Below are positions 46,971 to 57,254 of a DNA stretch of 64,000 nucleotides, piece by piece (position 1 is the stretch's first letter; each line of letters opens with the position of its first letter). The DNA lies in the NCBI GenBank assembly GCA_002772695.1, contig PFDI01000003.1:11914-75913 (forward strand), read 5' to 3'. Below the pieces are notes generated by a model that searched no databases, had not been told where the DNA came from, and saw nothing but the letters and a program-made list of their open reading frames with translations. The position numbers were made by a program, and so were the translations under genes. This DNA is from Candidatus Pacebacteria bacterium CG10_big_fil_rev_8_21_14_0_10_44_54. GTDB lineage: Bacteria > Patescibacteriota > Microgenomatia > UBA1400 > PJMF01.

Positions 46971-48239
46971 ATGGCACTAGTTAAACCCTCAAATACTACT
47001 TTCGCAAAAATAAAAGTAATCGGCATCGGTGGTGGTGGTAGTAATGCGGTTAACTCGATGATTATTTCCAAGCAGATCCAAGGTGTTGAGTTTATTGCCA
47101 TCAACACTGATGCTCAAGCACTACTCACCTCCCAAGCAGAAACAAAACTACAAATTGGCTCCAACTTTACCAAAGGACTTGGTTCTGGCGCAGACCCTGA
47201 AGTAGGCAAAACTGCAGCCGAAGAGTCATATGAAAAATTGAAAGACTTGCTGTATGACACTGACATGGTGTTTATTACCGCTGGTATGGGGGGAGGCACT
47301 GGCACTGGTGCCTCACCTATTGTGGCTGAAATTGCCAAGCAATCAGGAGCCCTAACAGTTGCCGTAGTCACCAAGCCATTTGCATTTGAGGGCAACAAGC
47401 GGATGCACGCAGCCGAAGAAGGCATTAATTTCTTGCGTGAGACTGTGGACACGTTGATTGTGATCCCCAATCAACGACTCATGGACGTAGTAGATAAAAA
47501 AATGACCCTGCTTGACGCATTTCGTTTGGCAGACAATGTCCTTGGACAAGGCGTGCAAGGCATTTCTGATCTGATTACTGTGCCCGGACTAATCAATGTT
47601 GATTTTGCTGATGTTAAAACTATCATGACCGACTCAGGATCTGCGTTAATGGGCATCGGGGAAGCAAGTGGCGAAAACAGAGCTTCAACAGCTGCTCGCA
47701 TGGCTATTGCCTCGCCTCTACTTGAGGTTTCTATCGAAGGCGCTAGGGGAATTCTTTTTAATATCATCGGTGGTGAAGACATGACTATGACAGAAGTTTC
47801 CGACGCTTCTCAGATTATTTCCAACGCAGCCGATCCACAAGCAAATGTAATCTTTGGGGCAACTATCGACGAAACTATGGGTAATAATATCAAGATCAGT
47901 GTAATTGCTACCGGATTTGACGAACAACAAATGGGCTACGCGAGCTCAAGGCGACAGCCATTTGGCGCTTTCAGCAGCGACTCTCAATCTAGACTCTCTC
48001 GATCACAACCATCAGAACCAACTCAGACTAAAATTGATCGAACACCCGATGGCTACACACAGCCGCTCACCACAACACAGATCACATCAAGCAAAACAAA
48101 TGAATCTCCCTTTGTGCAGTCTGATGGCTTTCGATCAGATGAACAGCCAAAATCAGCTATAAAAGCAAAAAGCGCTACTCCAACAACAGAATTTGAAGAC
48201 GAATTTGAAATTCCTGCATTCCTGCGAAAAAAACAGTAG
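46971..48239 (+). CDS. ftsZ: cell division GTPase FtsZ
   Basis: [17 protein letters not shown] and [16 protein letters not shown] (tubulin signature), followed by a long disordered C-terminal linker. Confidence 0.95.
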   Translation: MALVKPSNTTFAKIKVIGIGGGGSNAVNSMIISKQIQGVEFIAINTDAQALLTSQAETKLQIGSNFTKGLGSGADPEVGKTAAEESYEKLKDLLYDTDMVFITAGMGGGTGTGASPIVAEIAKQSGALTVAVVTKPFAFEGNKRMHAAEEGINFLRETVDTLIVIPNQRLMDVVDKKMTLLDAFRLADNVLGQGVQGISDLITVPGLINVDFADVKTIMTDSGSALMGIGEASGENRASTAARMAIASPLLEVSIEGARGILFNIIGGEDMTMTEVSDASQIISNAADPQANVIFGATIDETMGNNIKISVIATGFDEQQMGYASSRRQPFGAFSSDSQSRLSRSQPSEPTQTKIDRTPDGYTQPLTTTQITSSKTNESPFVQSDGFRSDEQPKSAIKAKSATPTTEFEDEFEIPAFLRKKQ

Positions 48240-48240
48240 C

Positions 48241-48249
48241 TGTTATACT
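48241..48249 (+). promoter_or_regulatory. extended -10 TGtTATACT; ileS ATG 11 nt downstream (near-leaderless)
   Basis: Sequence motif. No T-box leader is possible in the 20-bp intergenic region. Confidence 0.3.
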
Positions 48250-48259
48250 TTACACCAGT

Positions 48260-51073
48260 ATGGCAACAACTGCTTCGTTTCCAAAATCGCTAAATATCCC
48301 CAATTTAGAAAAATCTATCTTGGCATTTTGGGACAAAACTAAGACATTCAAAAAATCAATCGAAAACCGTCCTCAATCTAAGCAGTACGTTTTCTATGAC
48401 GGTCCTCCTTTTGCCACTGGCATGCCACATTATGGTCATTTGTTGGGCTCGACAAGCAAAGACGTTTTCCCTCGTTACTGGACCATGAAGGGGTATCGTG
48501 TTGAACGAGTCTGGGGATGGGATTGTCATGGCCTTCCGATCGAGAATTTGATTGAAAAAAAACTTGGATTTTCCCAAGGAAAACAAGAAATAGAGGCGTA
48601 CGGTATTGACCGTTTTAACGCAGCCTGCAGATCCGAAGTTTTGCATCTAGATAATGAGTGGAAATCGATTATTGCAAGACTGGGGCGTTGGGTTGATTTT
48701 GAACATAACTACAAAACAATGGATAAAACTTACATGGAATCGGTTTGGTGGGGCTTTAAACAACTCACAGAAAAAGGACTTGTTTACCAAGGTAAGAAAG
48801 TAATCTTATACTGTCCACGCTGTACCACTCCGCTCTCAAATTTTGAGATTTCGATGGATAACAGTTACCGAACTGTCACAGATACTGCCACAACCTATAA
48901 ATATAAAGTGGTGGGTGAGGATGATCTTTACCTGCTTGCTTGGTCAACCACCCCATGGAATAAGTTGGCAACACCAGCGCTTGCAGTCAACGCCAACTTG
49001 GTTTACCTAACTGTCCAACAAGGAAATAAAAAATTTATTTTGGCTGAATCTAGATTATCAATGCTCAACAACCAACCATATGTGGTGCTACAAAAACAAT
49101 CTGGGAGCGAACTTACAAAGCTCACATTTGAACTGCACTTTGATTTTTATAAACAACGAACAGCAAAAGAAAAAATCGGCAGTATCATTGCTGACGATTT
49201 CGTAACTGATGATGAGGGAACAGGTGTCGTCACACTTGCTGCATATGGCGAAGACGACTATCGGGTGATGCAAAAACATGACATTCAAATCATCGAGCAT
49301 GTCGATGAACATGGAAAACTTAAAGCTGAAGTAACTCCTTGGGCCGGACTACCTATTCTCAAAGCCAATAGGCTCATTGATGCAGACCTACAAAATCGCA
49401 ATCTCATCTACAGACAAGATGTGCACGAGCATAGTGTCGCCGAATGCTATCGTTGCAACACCCGACTCTACCACGCACCCCTCCCAGCCTGGTTTATCGA
49501 TATTCAACGCTTGAAACCTCAGTTGTTGGCTGCAAACAAAAAAATGGACTGGTACCCAAAGCACCTTAAAACGGGCAGATTTGGAAAAGGTATTGAGACT
49601 GCTCCAGACTGGAATATTTCTCGATCGCGATACTGGGGAACCCCCATGCCTATCTGGCGGGCTGAGGATGGACAAGAAAGAATTATTGGCTCGATCGCCG
49701 AACTACAGAAGTGGGCGACCGATCCAAACCAAGTTGAGAATATAGAAGATTTGCATCGTGAACGCATCGACGACATTTGTGTTTGGGTGAACGATGAAAA
49801 AACCATCAAAGGGAGAAGGGTACCAGAAGTATTCGATTGCTGGGTTGAGTCTGGCTCAATGCCATTTGCCTCCAGGCATTACCCATTTGAAAATCAAAAA
49901 ACATTTGAGGATACATATCCTGCGCAATTCGTGAGTGAGTACATAGCACAAACTCGTGCATGGTTCTACACAATGCATGTCTTGTCAGTTGGCATTTTTG
50001 GCAAACATGCCGTCGAGAACACGCTCACAACCGGCACTATTTTAGCAGAAGACGGTACCAAGATGAGCAAGTCCAAAAAAAACTTCCCTGATCCACTCAA
50101 AGTCATTGATGAATTTGGTGCAGACAGCTTGCGTCTCTACCTAATGAGTTCTCCAGTTATGAAAGCTGAGAATATAAACTTTGTAGAGAAAGATGTCTCT
50201 AATATACGAAAGAATGTATTTCTTATTTGGTACAACTGTGTTTCACTGTACAAACTTAATAATAGCGCCAACACGTCGCTAGATCCAGTTACAACCAAGC
50301 CAAAGCATGTGCTTGATCGCTGGATTCTAAGTCGGATAGAGAGTTGTATTGTCGAAACAACTAAAGATATGGATGCCTATAATATAGTTGATGCATCACG
50401 CAGATTAATACTGTTTGTCAATGAATTATCAACTTGGTACGTCAGGAGAAGTCGAGAGCGGCTTGCAGATGACAACGAACCAGAATCTCTGAGAGTGTAC
50501 GGCACTGTACTTACACAACTTGCACTCCTCTTTGCCCCAATCACGCCGTTCTTTGCTGAGTTTGTGCACCAGCAAATTTCTGACAACTCTCGAAGCATTC
50601 ACCTGCTCGATTGGCCTTGCCACAATCCCAAACTGCTCGATATTGAGCTAGAAACAGAGATGACTTTGATACGAAAGATTGTCGAGCAAGCACATGCTGC
50701 TCGAGCAGAAGCTGGAATTAAAATCCGCCAACCATTGAGTCAACTTAATGTCTGGGATGCAATGGCTCAACCAAGTGATGAAATTCTTGACGTGCTTAAA
50801 GCAGAAACTAATATTAAAAAAGTCTCCTGGACACAAACCAGACAGACACAACGAGTCGAGCTCGAAACAATTATTACTACTGAACTACGCGTTGAGGGTG
50901 CCGCCAGAGACTTGATGCGAACTATCCAGGTCTTACGAAGGAAACACGGTCTATCTCGAGAAAATACAGCTAATATTACCGTTCCAGAAATTCCCAAAGG
51001 CTGGCAACAAGAAATCGAACAAAAAACTAATAGCACTATTTCAATCGGTCCAGAGCTCAAATTGTTATCATAA
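48260..51073 (+). CDS. ileS: isoleucine--tRNA ligase
   Basis: PPFATGMPHYGHLL (HIGH) and KMSKSKKN (KMSKS). Confidence 0.95.
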   Translation: MATTASFPKSLNIPNLEKSILAFWDKTKTFKKSIENRPQSKQYVFYDGPPFATGMPHYGHLLGSTSKDVFPRYWTMKGYRVERVWGWDCHGLPIENLIEKKLGFSQGKQEIEAYGIDRFNAACRSEVLHLDNEWKSIIARLGRWVDFEHNYKTMDKTYMESVWWGFKQLTEKGLVYQGKKVILYCPRCTTPLSNFEISMDNSYRTVTDTATTYKYKVVGEDDLYLLAWSTTPWNKLATPALAVNANLVYLTVQQGNKKFILAESRLSMLNNQPYVVLQKQSGSELTKLTFELHFDFYKQRTAKEKIGSIIADDFVTDDEGTGVVTLAAYGEDDYRVMQKHDIQIIEHVDEHGKLKAEVTPWAGLPILKANRLIDADLQNRNLIYRQDVHEHSVAECYRCNTRLYHAPLPAWFIDIQRLKPQLLAANKKMDWYPKHLKTGRFGKGIETAPDWNISRSRYWGTPMPIWRAEDGQERIIGSIAELQKWATDPNQVENIEDLHRERIDDICVWVNDEKTIKGRRVPEVFDCWVESGSMPFASRHYPFENQKTFEDTYPAQFVSEYIAQTRAWFYTMHVLSVGIFGKHAVENTLTTGTILAEDGTKMSKSKKNFPDPLKVIDEFGADSLRLYLMSSPVMKAENINFVEKDVSNIRKNVFLIWYNCVSLYKLNNSANTSLDPVTTKPKHVLDRWILSRIESCIVETTKDMDAYNIVDASRRLILFVNELSTWYVRRSRERLADDNEPESLRVYGTVLTQLALLFAPITPFFAEFVHQQISDNSRSIHLLDWPCHNPKLLDIELETEMTLIRKIVEQAHAARAEAGIKIRQPLSQLNVWDAMAQPSDEILDVLKAETNIKKVSWTQTRQTQRVELETIITTELRVEGAARDLMRTIQVLRRKHGLSRENTANITVPEIPKGWQQEIEQKTNSTISIGPELKLLS

Positions 51074-52131
51074 TGAAACAGTTTTTTTTGCCCACATTGC
51101 TTGGATGCTTCGCAATCCTCAGCGTCACAACGCTCTATGGGCTAAACACAGCTTTAGCACTACGACAACTGGTTTTTTTTCTTGTAGGATTTGGCATTTT
51201 TTTTGTTTGTCAGTCTATAGATTTTTCAAGGATGATTTCTCTATCAGGATTATTTTATGCTTTAGCGATATTACTATTGGTGATTGTACTTGTCTTTTCG
51301 TCTGAAATCCGTAATACCAATCGCTGGATTAGTCTTGGATTTTTTAATCTACAGCCGTCACAACTTGCTGTTCCAGCACTTGCCTTGCTACTCGCGAAAA
51401 TTTCTAGCCAAACAAAAAACAGAGGTGTGCTCCTCAAAATACTTGGAATTACACTCCTACCAGCAGTTTTGATTTTTCTTGAACCAGATCTTAGTATGAC
51501 CTTAATTGTTATGCTTACTGCTAGTGCAAGTATCTGGTTCCAACCTATTTCCCCAAAAGCCTACCTATCTGGTGGAGTGGTCTTGGCCGTACTGCTTAGT
51601 GTGAGCTGGATATGGTTGTTACAACCATACCAAAAAGAACGGCTTAGAAGCTTCTTTTCCCCATCCGACACGATCACGACTGCTTCTTACAACGTACAAC
51701 AATCTAAAATTGCCGTGGGGTCAGGCATGCTTTTTGGTAGGGGAATGCAGCAAGGCACACAATCGCAATTACAATTCTTACCAGAAAATGAAACCGACTT
51801 TATTTTTGCAACCTTTTCAGAAGAGTTTGGCTGGCTAGGAGCTATGTTTGTGCTTTGCCTCTACGCTGGCCTGCTCACCTACTTGCTACAAGTTTCCAAA
51901 AGGGTCAACGAGCCAATAGAACAAACGTTCCTCATTAGTGTGTTTGTTGTCTTCTTATCACAAATAAGCATTAATGTGGGAATGAACTTGGGGTTACTCC
52001 CTGTTACTGGCGTTGCGCTACCGCTACTTTCATACGGAGGTAGTTCGCTTCTGGTCACGTGTTTTATCTTTGGTATAGTGCAAAGCATTGCCGCGCGCAC
52101 CACCTTGCGCTCCCAGCTTCAAATCGAGTGA
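51073..52131 (+). CDS. second SEDS family protein (RodA/FtsW/SpoVE-like)
   Basis: Polytopic membrane protein with LPVTGVALPLLSYGGSSLL. Confidence 0.8.
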   Translation: MKQFFLPTLLGCFAILSVTTLYGLNTALALRQLVFFLVGFGIFFVCQSIDFSRMISLSGLFYALAILLLVIVLVFSSEIRNTNRWISLGFFNLQPSQLAVPALALLLAKISSQTKNRGVLLKILGITLLPAVLIFLEPDLSMTLIVMLTASASIWFQPISPKAYLSGGVVLAVLLSVSWIWLLQPYQKERLRSFFSPSDTITTASYNVQQSKIAVGSGMLFGRGMQQGTQSQLQFLPENETDFIFATFSEEFGWLGAMFVLCLYAGLLTYLLQVSKRVNEPIEQTFLISVFVVFLSQISINVGMNLGLLPVTGVALPLLSYGGSSLLVTCFIFGIVQSIAARTTLRSQLQIE

Positions 52132-52145
52132 AATCGTGTTATACT
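52118..52145 (+). promoter_or_regulatory. putative rplU promoter: -35 TTCAAA (inside the SEDS gene 3' end), 16-nt spacer, extended -10 TGtTATACT; ATG 10 nt downstream
   Basis: Sequence motif. The TATACTAGCGGC 12-mer is shared with the lemA promoter. Confidence 0.4.
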
Positions 52146-52154
52146 AGCGGCCTT

Positions 52155-52493
52155 ATGTCAAAAACTTCAACGCCATTTGCAATTATCCAGCTAGCTGGCA
52201 AACAGTTCATGGTCGAAGAGGGAATGACGCTCACCGTTCCTAGCCTTTCAGAAGAAACTGATAAAAGCATTGTTATCCCAGACGTACTTTTTATCCAAGA
52301 CGGCAAATCAAGCATTGTCGGCACTCCTACAATTGCTGGTGCAAGCGTAACTGCTGCTCATGATCAGAAACAAAAAGCAAAAAAAATTCGTGTCGCAACC
52401 TACAAATCTAAATCACGCTATCGCCGCGTGCTTGGCCACAGACAACCAGAGTCAGTGATCACGATCAAAAAAATCTCGCTCAAACAAAAATAA
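52155..52493 (+). CDS. rplU: 50S ribosomal protein L21
   Basis: FAIIQLAGKQFMVEEGMTLTVPSL. The track ORF 52059 extends upstream into the SEDS gene, so the internal Met is chosen. Confidence 0.85.
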   Translation: MSKTSTPFAIIQLAGKQFMVEEGMTLTVPSLSEETDKSIVIPDVLFIQDGKSSIVGTPTIAGASVTAAHDQKQKAKKIRVATYKSKSRYRRVLGHRQPESVITIKKISLKQK

Positions 52494-52497
52494 CGAA

Positions 52498-53643
52498 ATG
52501 TATACCTATTTCTTTCAGCTTGGCACCACGACCGAGCTTTCTCTGGCAGAGCTTGCTTGCGTGCTTGGTGACAAAAAACTTGACATACTTACACAGCAGA
52601 TTATTGCGGTCAATTCTGCCACTAAAATTGATGTACAAGGTCTACAAAACCAACTAGGCGGTTGTGTCAAGATTCTTAAAAAAGAAGCTTTATTAAACGA
52701 TACTACTGCCCAGACTATTGCTACAAGCATTGCACAAATCATTCCAGAAGGAAAAATTACATTTGCTTTTACCCAATTGGATCTGAGGGCAGGGGAGACA
52801 AGCGATGAGATTCTCCTTGATGCTGCAGAGATTAAAAAAGAATTAGTACAGCAAGGTCGATCAGTTCGATTTGTAGAGGGCAAAAAATTTGGACTCTCAG
52901 CTGCAGTTCTACTTCATCAAAAGAAAGTGCGAGAGTTTGTTCTAATTATCACTACAAAAGAAATTATGTTTGCGCAAACAATGAGCATCCAAAATATAGA
53001 TGACTGGACAGTTCGTGATCGAAGCAAGCCATATGCGGACAGAAAAAAGGGCATGCTTCCACCAAAAGTTGCTCGCATACTGCTAAATATCAATCGCTCG
53101 TTTGATCAAGCAACTGAGCGCGTAGTCCTTGATCCATTCTGTGGTGCGGGTAATATCTTGCTTGAAAATGCCATGCTAAAAACAAAAGGTATTGGAATCG
53201 ACATAGACAAAAACGCAGTAGCTGGAACCACAGACAACTTGCGTTGGTTTTCTGAAACCTACCAACAACCTCACCATCAGCAAGTCTATCCAGGAGATGC
53301 CACACATGTTCCGGAAAGCATTGTACAGGCTGTGACAGCGATTGTCACAGAACCATTTCTTGGTCGTCCAAAACCAAAAGCCGAACAGGTGCCAGATATT
53401 TTTCGCGGACTTTACAAACTCTATCTGGGTGCTTTTAAAAATTGGAAAAAAATTCTTCCCGATGGCGCCCCTGTCACAATTGTCTTTCCGTCCACACTTG
53501 TCGCAGGCAAAGAATATACAATGAGTGCCTTAATTGACAAACTTTTGCCTCTCGGATACACTACTGTATCTGGTCCTCTCCGGTATAGTCGACCAGACGC
53601 GATTATCACTAGATCAATTTATACATTTGTACTAAAAAAATAA
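52498..53643 (+). CDS. putative RNA (guanine-N2)-methyltransferase-like SAM-dependent methyltransferase (Trm11/RlmL-like), inserted between rplU and rpmA
   Basis: [16 protein letters not shown] (motif I DPFCG-G) and VTEPFLGRP (a variant of motif IV D/N-PPY/F). Confidence 0.55.
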   Translation: MYTYFFQLGTTTELSLAELACVLGDKKLDILTQQIIAVNSATKIDVQGLQNQLGGCVKILKKEALLNDTTAQTIATSIAQIIPEGKITFAFTQLDLRAGETSDEILLDAAEIKKELVQQGRSVRFVEGKKFGLSAAVLLHQKKVREFVLIITTKEIMFAQTMSIQNIDDWTVRDRSKPYADRKKGMLPPKVARILLNINRSFDQATERVVLDPFCGAGNILLENAMLKTKGIGIDIDKNAVAGTTDNLRWFSETYQQPHHQQVYPGDATHVPESIVQAVTAIVTEPFLGRPKPKAEQVPDIFRGLYKLYLGAFKNWKKILPDGAPVTIVFPSTLVAGKEYTMSALIDKLLPLGYTTVSGPLRYSRPDAIITRSIYTFVLKK

Positions 53644-53644
53644 T

Positions 53645-53902
53645 ATGTCAAAAGTCAAAGCATCCGGTGCAGTCAGACAACACAAACAAAGCAAGCGTCA
53701 TGGTAAACGCCTGGGTGTCAAAAAGTTTGGTGGTCAAAAGGTCCGAACAGGTTCAATCATAATCAGACAACGTGGCGCTACCTACAAAGCTGGCAAACAC
53801 GTTGGTCTCGGTCGAGACTACACCATTTTTGCACTTACTGATGGTGTTGTTTCATTTGGCGTCTCTCGCTCATCGACTGTTGTTAACGTCCTTCCTGAAT
53901 AA
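53645..53902 (+). CDS. rpmA: 50S ribosomal protein L27
   Basis: [35 protein letters not shown]. Confidence 0.95.
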   Translation: MSKVKASGAVRQHKQSKRHGKRLGVKKFGGQKVRTGSIIIRQRGATYKAGKHVGLGRDYTIFALTDGVVSFGVSRSSTVVNVLPE

Positions 53903-53928
53903 ATAAAGTCCTACTCCCCGACAGCAGC

Positions 53929-54780
53929 TTGGTGTGGTATACCTTTTCTGTGGTGGCAAATACATCTATTCAGTTACTAGCTGTCTCATACTTGGAACCA
54001 AATCCGTTTCAACCAAGAAATAAAATAGCTGACGCCGACATCACTGAGTTGGCAGATTCTATAAAACAATTTGGTGTTCTAGAACCTCTTGTCGTCGCCA
54101 ACACTCCTGCTGGCTATCAAATAATTGCGGGAGAACGCCGTTGGCGAGCCGCCAAAATTGCCGGCCTGAGCGAAGTGCCAGTTGTCATCAAAAAAACCTC
54201 ACCACGAGAAATGCTTGAGATTGCCTTGATCGAAAACGTCCAAAGAACCAATCTCTCAGCAATAGAGCGAGCTCAAGCCTTTCTGCAATTACAACGAGAA
54301 TTTGGCTTTACTGTAGCCGATATCGCACGACGTATCAGTAAATCAAGCTCATACGTCAGTAATACCCTCAAACTACTCAAGCTCCCTGATGCAATCAAGG
54401 ATGGTTTGCTCGGAGGTTCAATCTCTGAGGGACATGCTCGGGCTATATCAGGCATTTTGGATGAACCAACAATGGTCGCTGTCTACAAGCGAATATTAAA
54501 AGAAAGTGCATCCGTCCGTAGAGCAGAGGAGTTGGCTCGGCACGCCAAAGAAGATTCGGGCGACAAGAAATTTAAGACAACACCAGGAGCCTACGCGATT
54601 GATAACAAAAAATTAAAACACTGGGAGAAAACCATTCAACGTATGCTAGCTGCCAAATCTAAGCTAAAACTAGTGAGAACAGATCGCCAAACTAAAATAA
54701 GCATCACGCTCAAAGGTGATGTGGACCAAACCCAGCAGGATCTCGAGAAATTTATGAGTATTATCGAGGCACAACCTTAG
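53929..54780 (+). CDS. parB: ParB/Spo0J family partition protein (TTG start)
   Basis: EPNPFQPR, GERRWRAAKIAG and IALIENVQRTNLSAIE. Confidence 0.8.
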   Translation: MVWYTFSVVANTSIQLLAVSYLEPNPFQPRNKIADADITELADSIKQFGVLEPLVVANTPAGYQIIAGERRWRAAKIAGLSEVPVVIKKTSPREMLEIALIENVQRTNLSAIERAQAFLQLQREFGFTVADIARRISKSSSYVSNTLKLLKLPDAIKDGLLGGSISEGHARAISGILDEPTMVAVYKRILKESASVRRAEELARHAKEDSGDKKFKTTPGAYAIDNKKLKHWEKTIQRMLAAKSKLKLVRTDRQTKISITLKGDVDQTQQDLEKFMSIIEAQP

Positions 54781-55345
54781 CTATCACGCCCATATCTTTC
54801 GCTGGCCAATAGCGGAAAAAAGCGCGACCAACAATTTCGTCAGCCATAACAGGTCCCCAGGCTCTCGAATCGCTCGAATGCGGTCGGTTATCTCCCACGG
54901 CAAAATACTCGTCTGTCCCTAATGTGGTGATTCTTCCGCCTGCAGTAAAAGCGCCCTCGCTCGTGACCACAGTGCTGTCGAGATATTGTGATTCATCGAG
55001 TCTCTGTTGATTTACATAAATGCTCGAATCCTTTACTTGCACTGTATCTCCTGGTACAGCAATGACACGTTTAATAAAATCACAACCAGTTCCTTCGGGA
55101 CAATTGGCAGCGGGAGGGGCATGAAATACTATCACATCACCAGGTTGTGGTGAACCAACTCGATAGCTTACTTTGTCTGTCAACAAATAATCACCATTGT
55201 GGAAATTGGGAAACATCGACAAGCCATTGACCTGGTGTGGTTGTAATAAAAATAAATAAACAACTAAAAAAATCGATAGACCAATAACTACAGTCTCTAT
55301 AAAATCTAAAACGATGCTAGAGAATGATTTTAAAATTTGTTTCAT
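54761..55345 (-). CDS. lepB: signal peptidase I
   Basis: NGLSMFPNFHNGDYLL, KRVIAVPGDTV and VGDNRPHSSDSRAWGPV (S26 boxes). The start is set at the internal Met (MKQILK) to avoid an 18-nt divergent overlap with wzx. The 3' end overlaps parB by 20 nt (convergent). Confidence 0.8.
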   Translation of the reverse strand: MKQILKSFSSIVLDFIETVVIGLSIFLVVYLFLLQPHQVNGLSMFPNFHNGDYLLTDKVSYRVGSPQPGDVIVFHAPPAANCPEGTGCDFIKRVIAVPGDTVQVKDSSIYVNQQRLDESQYLDSTVVTSEGAFTAGGRITTLGTDEYFAVGDNRPHSSDSRAWGPVMADEIVGRAFFRYWPAKDMGVIAKVVPR

Positions 55346-55411
55346 GATCTGCGACCCATTATTGCCATTCCCCGCTGGAGTTTCAAGCAGTAAATAGGGA
55401 TAATAGGCAGA

Positions 55412-56638
55412 ATGGGGTACACAGCACATACACTACGTGGTTTCGGTTGGCAAACAACGCTCAAATTTGCGACAGCTGGTATTGCATTATTCAAAATTGC
55501 AGTCCTTTCCCACATTCTTTCTCCAAATGATTTTGGTGTTTTTGCTATCGTTCTAGTGGCGCTCGGCATCAGTGAAGCAACAACTCAAACAGGCATAAAC
55601 ATCACTTTGTTACAAACAACCAAAAAATTACAATACTACCTCAGTACTGCCTGGGTAATTGCAATTGTCCGCGGCTTTCTGATTGCAATACTTATGAGTA
55701 TTATCGGCATTTTTCTAGCTAATTACTATACCAATCCGATTCTTGCACCACTAACCGTGGTAGCAGCCCTGGTCCCGCTTATAAAGGGCTTTATTAATCC
55801 AAGCATCGTCAGACTACAAAAAGAACTTTTGTTCTCAAAAGAGGCTATCTTCAGGCTGTCACTCTCTATTATCGAAACAACAGTAACTATTTTATTTGCG
55901 ACTATTATTCACTCACCACTTGCCCTACTACTCAGTCTTGTGTGTATTGCGATTGTCGAAGTACTCGCTTCATTTTATTTATTTAAAGAACGACCAACGC
56001 TACACTTTAGCAAGCGACGGGCCAAAGATATTCTGACAAACTCACTCGGCTTGAGCCCCGCATCGTTCTTGAGTTATATCGGTGATAATATCGATGACTT
56101 TCTCATCGGTAAATTACTGGGCACCTACAAACTTGGTCTCTACCACAATGCTTACGCATTTAGTCATAAACCAAACTATGACGTCTCGAAGGCATTAAAT
56201 CACTCAACTCTGCCTATTTTTACCAAAATGTTGACAGAAAAAGCTCGATTACAAAATGCTTTTTTACGCTCTTCGATTGCACTTGTCGGATTAATCTTCG
56301 TACTTTCACTGCCACTATTTCTCTTTCCCAAACAGCTTGTCTCGCTTTTGTTTGGCGAGCAATGGCTTCCAATCGCAGAGGTGTTGCCATTTCTCGCTCT
56401 TGCAGGCATACTCCATAGCATCACAAATCTTGGTTACAATATTTGGATTGCTACCAAACAGTATCTCCTACTTAATCTCCACTTGGCCCTGAGTGTTGCC
56501 GCTCTCGTCGGTTGTCTCTTGTACTTAGTTACCCACAACGACTTCTATGGCACTGGGCAAGCACTGCTCTTTTCGAGACTCATACCGCTCCCAATTCTAA
56601 TATTTGGCGTACTCAAGACTCTCAAACATGGCAAGTAA
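55412..56638 (+). CDS. wzx: Wzx-like polysaccharide/oligosaccharide flippase (MOP superfamily)
   Basis: A 12-14 TM protein with a polysaccharide-biosynthesis-protein pattern. The ATG is 8 nt after GATAAT (leaderless). Confidence 0.7.
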   Translation: MGYTAHTLRGFGWQTTLKFATAGIALFKIAVLSHILSPNDFGVFAIVLVALGISEATTQTGINITLLQTTKKLQYYLSTAWVIAIVRGFLIAILMSIIGIFLANYYTNPILAPLTVVAALVPLIKGFINPSIVRLQKELLFSKEAIFRLSLSIIETTVTILFATIIHSPLALLLSLVCIAIVEVLASFYLFKERPTLHFSKRRAKDILTNSLGLSPASFLSYIGDNIDDFLIGKLLGTYKLGLYHNAYAFSHKPNYDVSKALNHSTLPIFTKMLTEKARLQNAFLRSSIALVGLIFVLSLPLFLFPKQLVSLLFGEQWLPIAEVLPFLALAGILHSITNLGYNIWIATKQYLLLNLHLALSVAALVGCLLYLVTHNDFYGTGQALLFSRLIPLPILIFGVLKTLKHGK

Positions 56639-57254
56639 CATCTCTGTCATCACGCTTTCTCATGAGCAGTTTCCCAATATTACTGATTTTGCCGCGGCAC
56701 GAAATGCGTTGCTTGGACAAGCAAAGACTGACTGGGTACTATTTCTTGATTCTGATGAGAAACTTAGTCAGGAGGATTTCACCAAATTGAAGCAACACGT
56801 CAAAACTACCAGTGCTGTCGGTATTTATCTACAAAGATCTGATATTTTTTATGGCAAAAGATTGCGATATGGCGAGTGGGGTAGCGCAAAAATTTTGCGT
56901 CTCATGCAACCAAATAAGGCAAATTACGAAAATAAAGTTCATGAAAAACCAAAAATTTTTGGCAAAACAGAAGAGATTGACATCACCATACTACATTATG
57001 CTCACCCAAGCGTATCTCAATTTGTTACCAAAGTTGCTCATTATGCCAAGCTTGCTGCCTCTCAAAGAAAAAAATCACTTACTCGCTTGAGTCTAGAAAT
57101 CTTCACGTACCCATTTGCAAAATTTTTGCTTAACTATGTTGTGAGACTTGGGTTTCTCGATGGCTGGAGAGGTCTCGCCTATGCTACCCTTATGAGTCTG
57201 CACTCCTTCTTTGTTAGAGCATACAGTATCACCGGGTACATACAACATGAGTAA
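56628..57254 (+). CDS. truncated WaaE/KdtX-like GT2 glycosyltransferase (C-terminal half only)
   Basis: FAAARNALLGQAKTDWVLFLDSDE (DXD) and GFLDGWRGLAYA. It lacks the N-terminal nucleotide-binding half of GT2 enzymes. Confidence 0.55.
   Translation: MASNISVITLSHEQFPNITDFAAARNALLGQAKTDWVLFLDSDEKLSQEDFTKLKQHVKTTSAVGIYLQRSDIFYGKRLRYGEWGSAKILRLMQPNKANYENKVHEKPKIFGKTEEIDITILHYAHPSVSQFVTKVAHYAKLAASQRKKSLTRLSLEIFTYPFAKFLLNYVVRLGFLDGWRGLAYATLMSLHSFFVRAYSITGYIQHE

Noticed and set aside
52059-52154. Upstream extension of the rplU ORF (start at 52059)
   Set aside because: The extension overlaps the SEDS gene 3' end and has no L21 similarity. The conserved L21 N-terminus begins at the internal ATG at 52155, which is preceded by a promoter.
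55346-55429. N-terminal 28 codons of the lepB track ORF, which overlap the wzx start divergently
   Set aside because: Two divergent genes cannot both initiate inside each other. The internal Met (MKQILK...) immediately precedes the signal-peptidase TM anchor and leaves a 66-bp promoter region, so lepB was trimmed.
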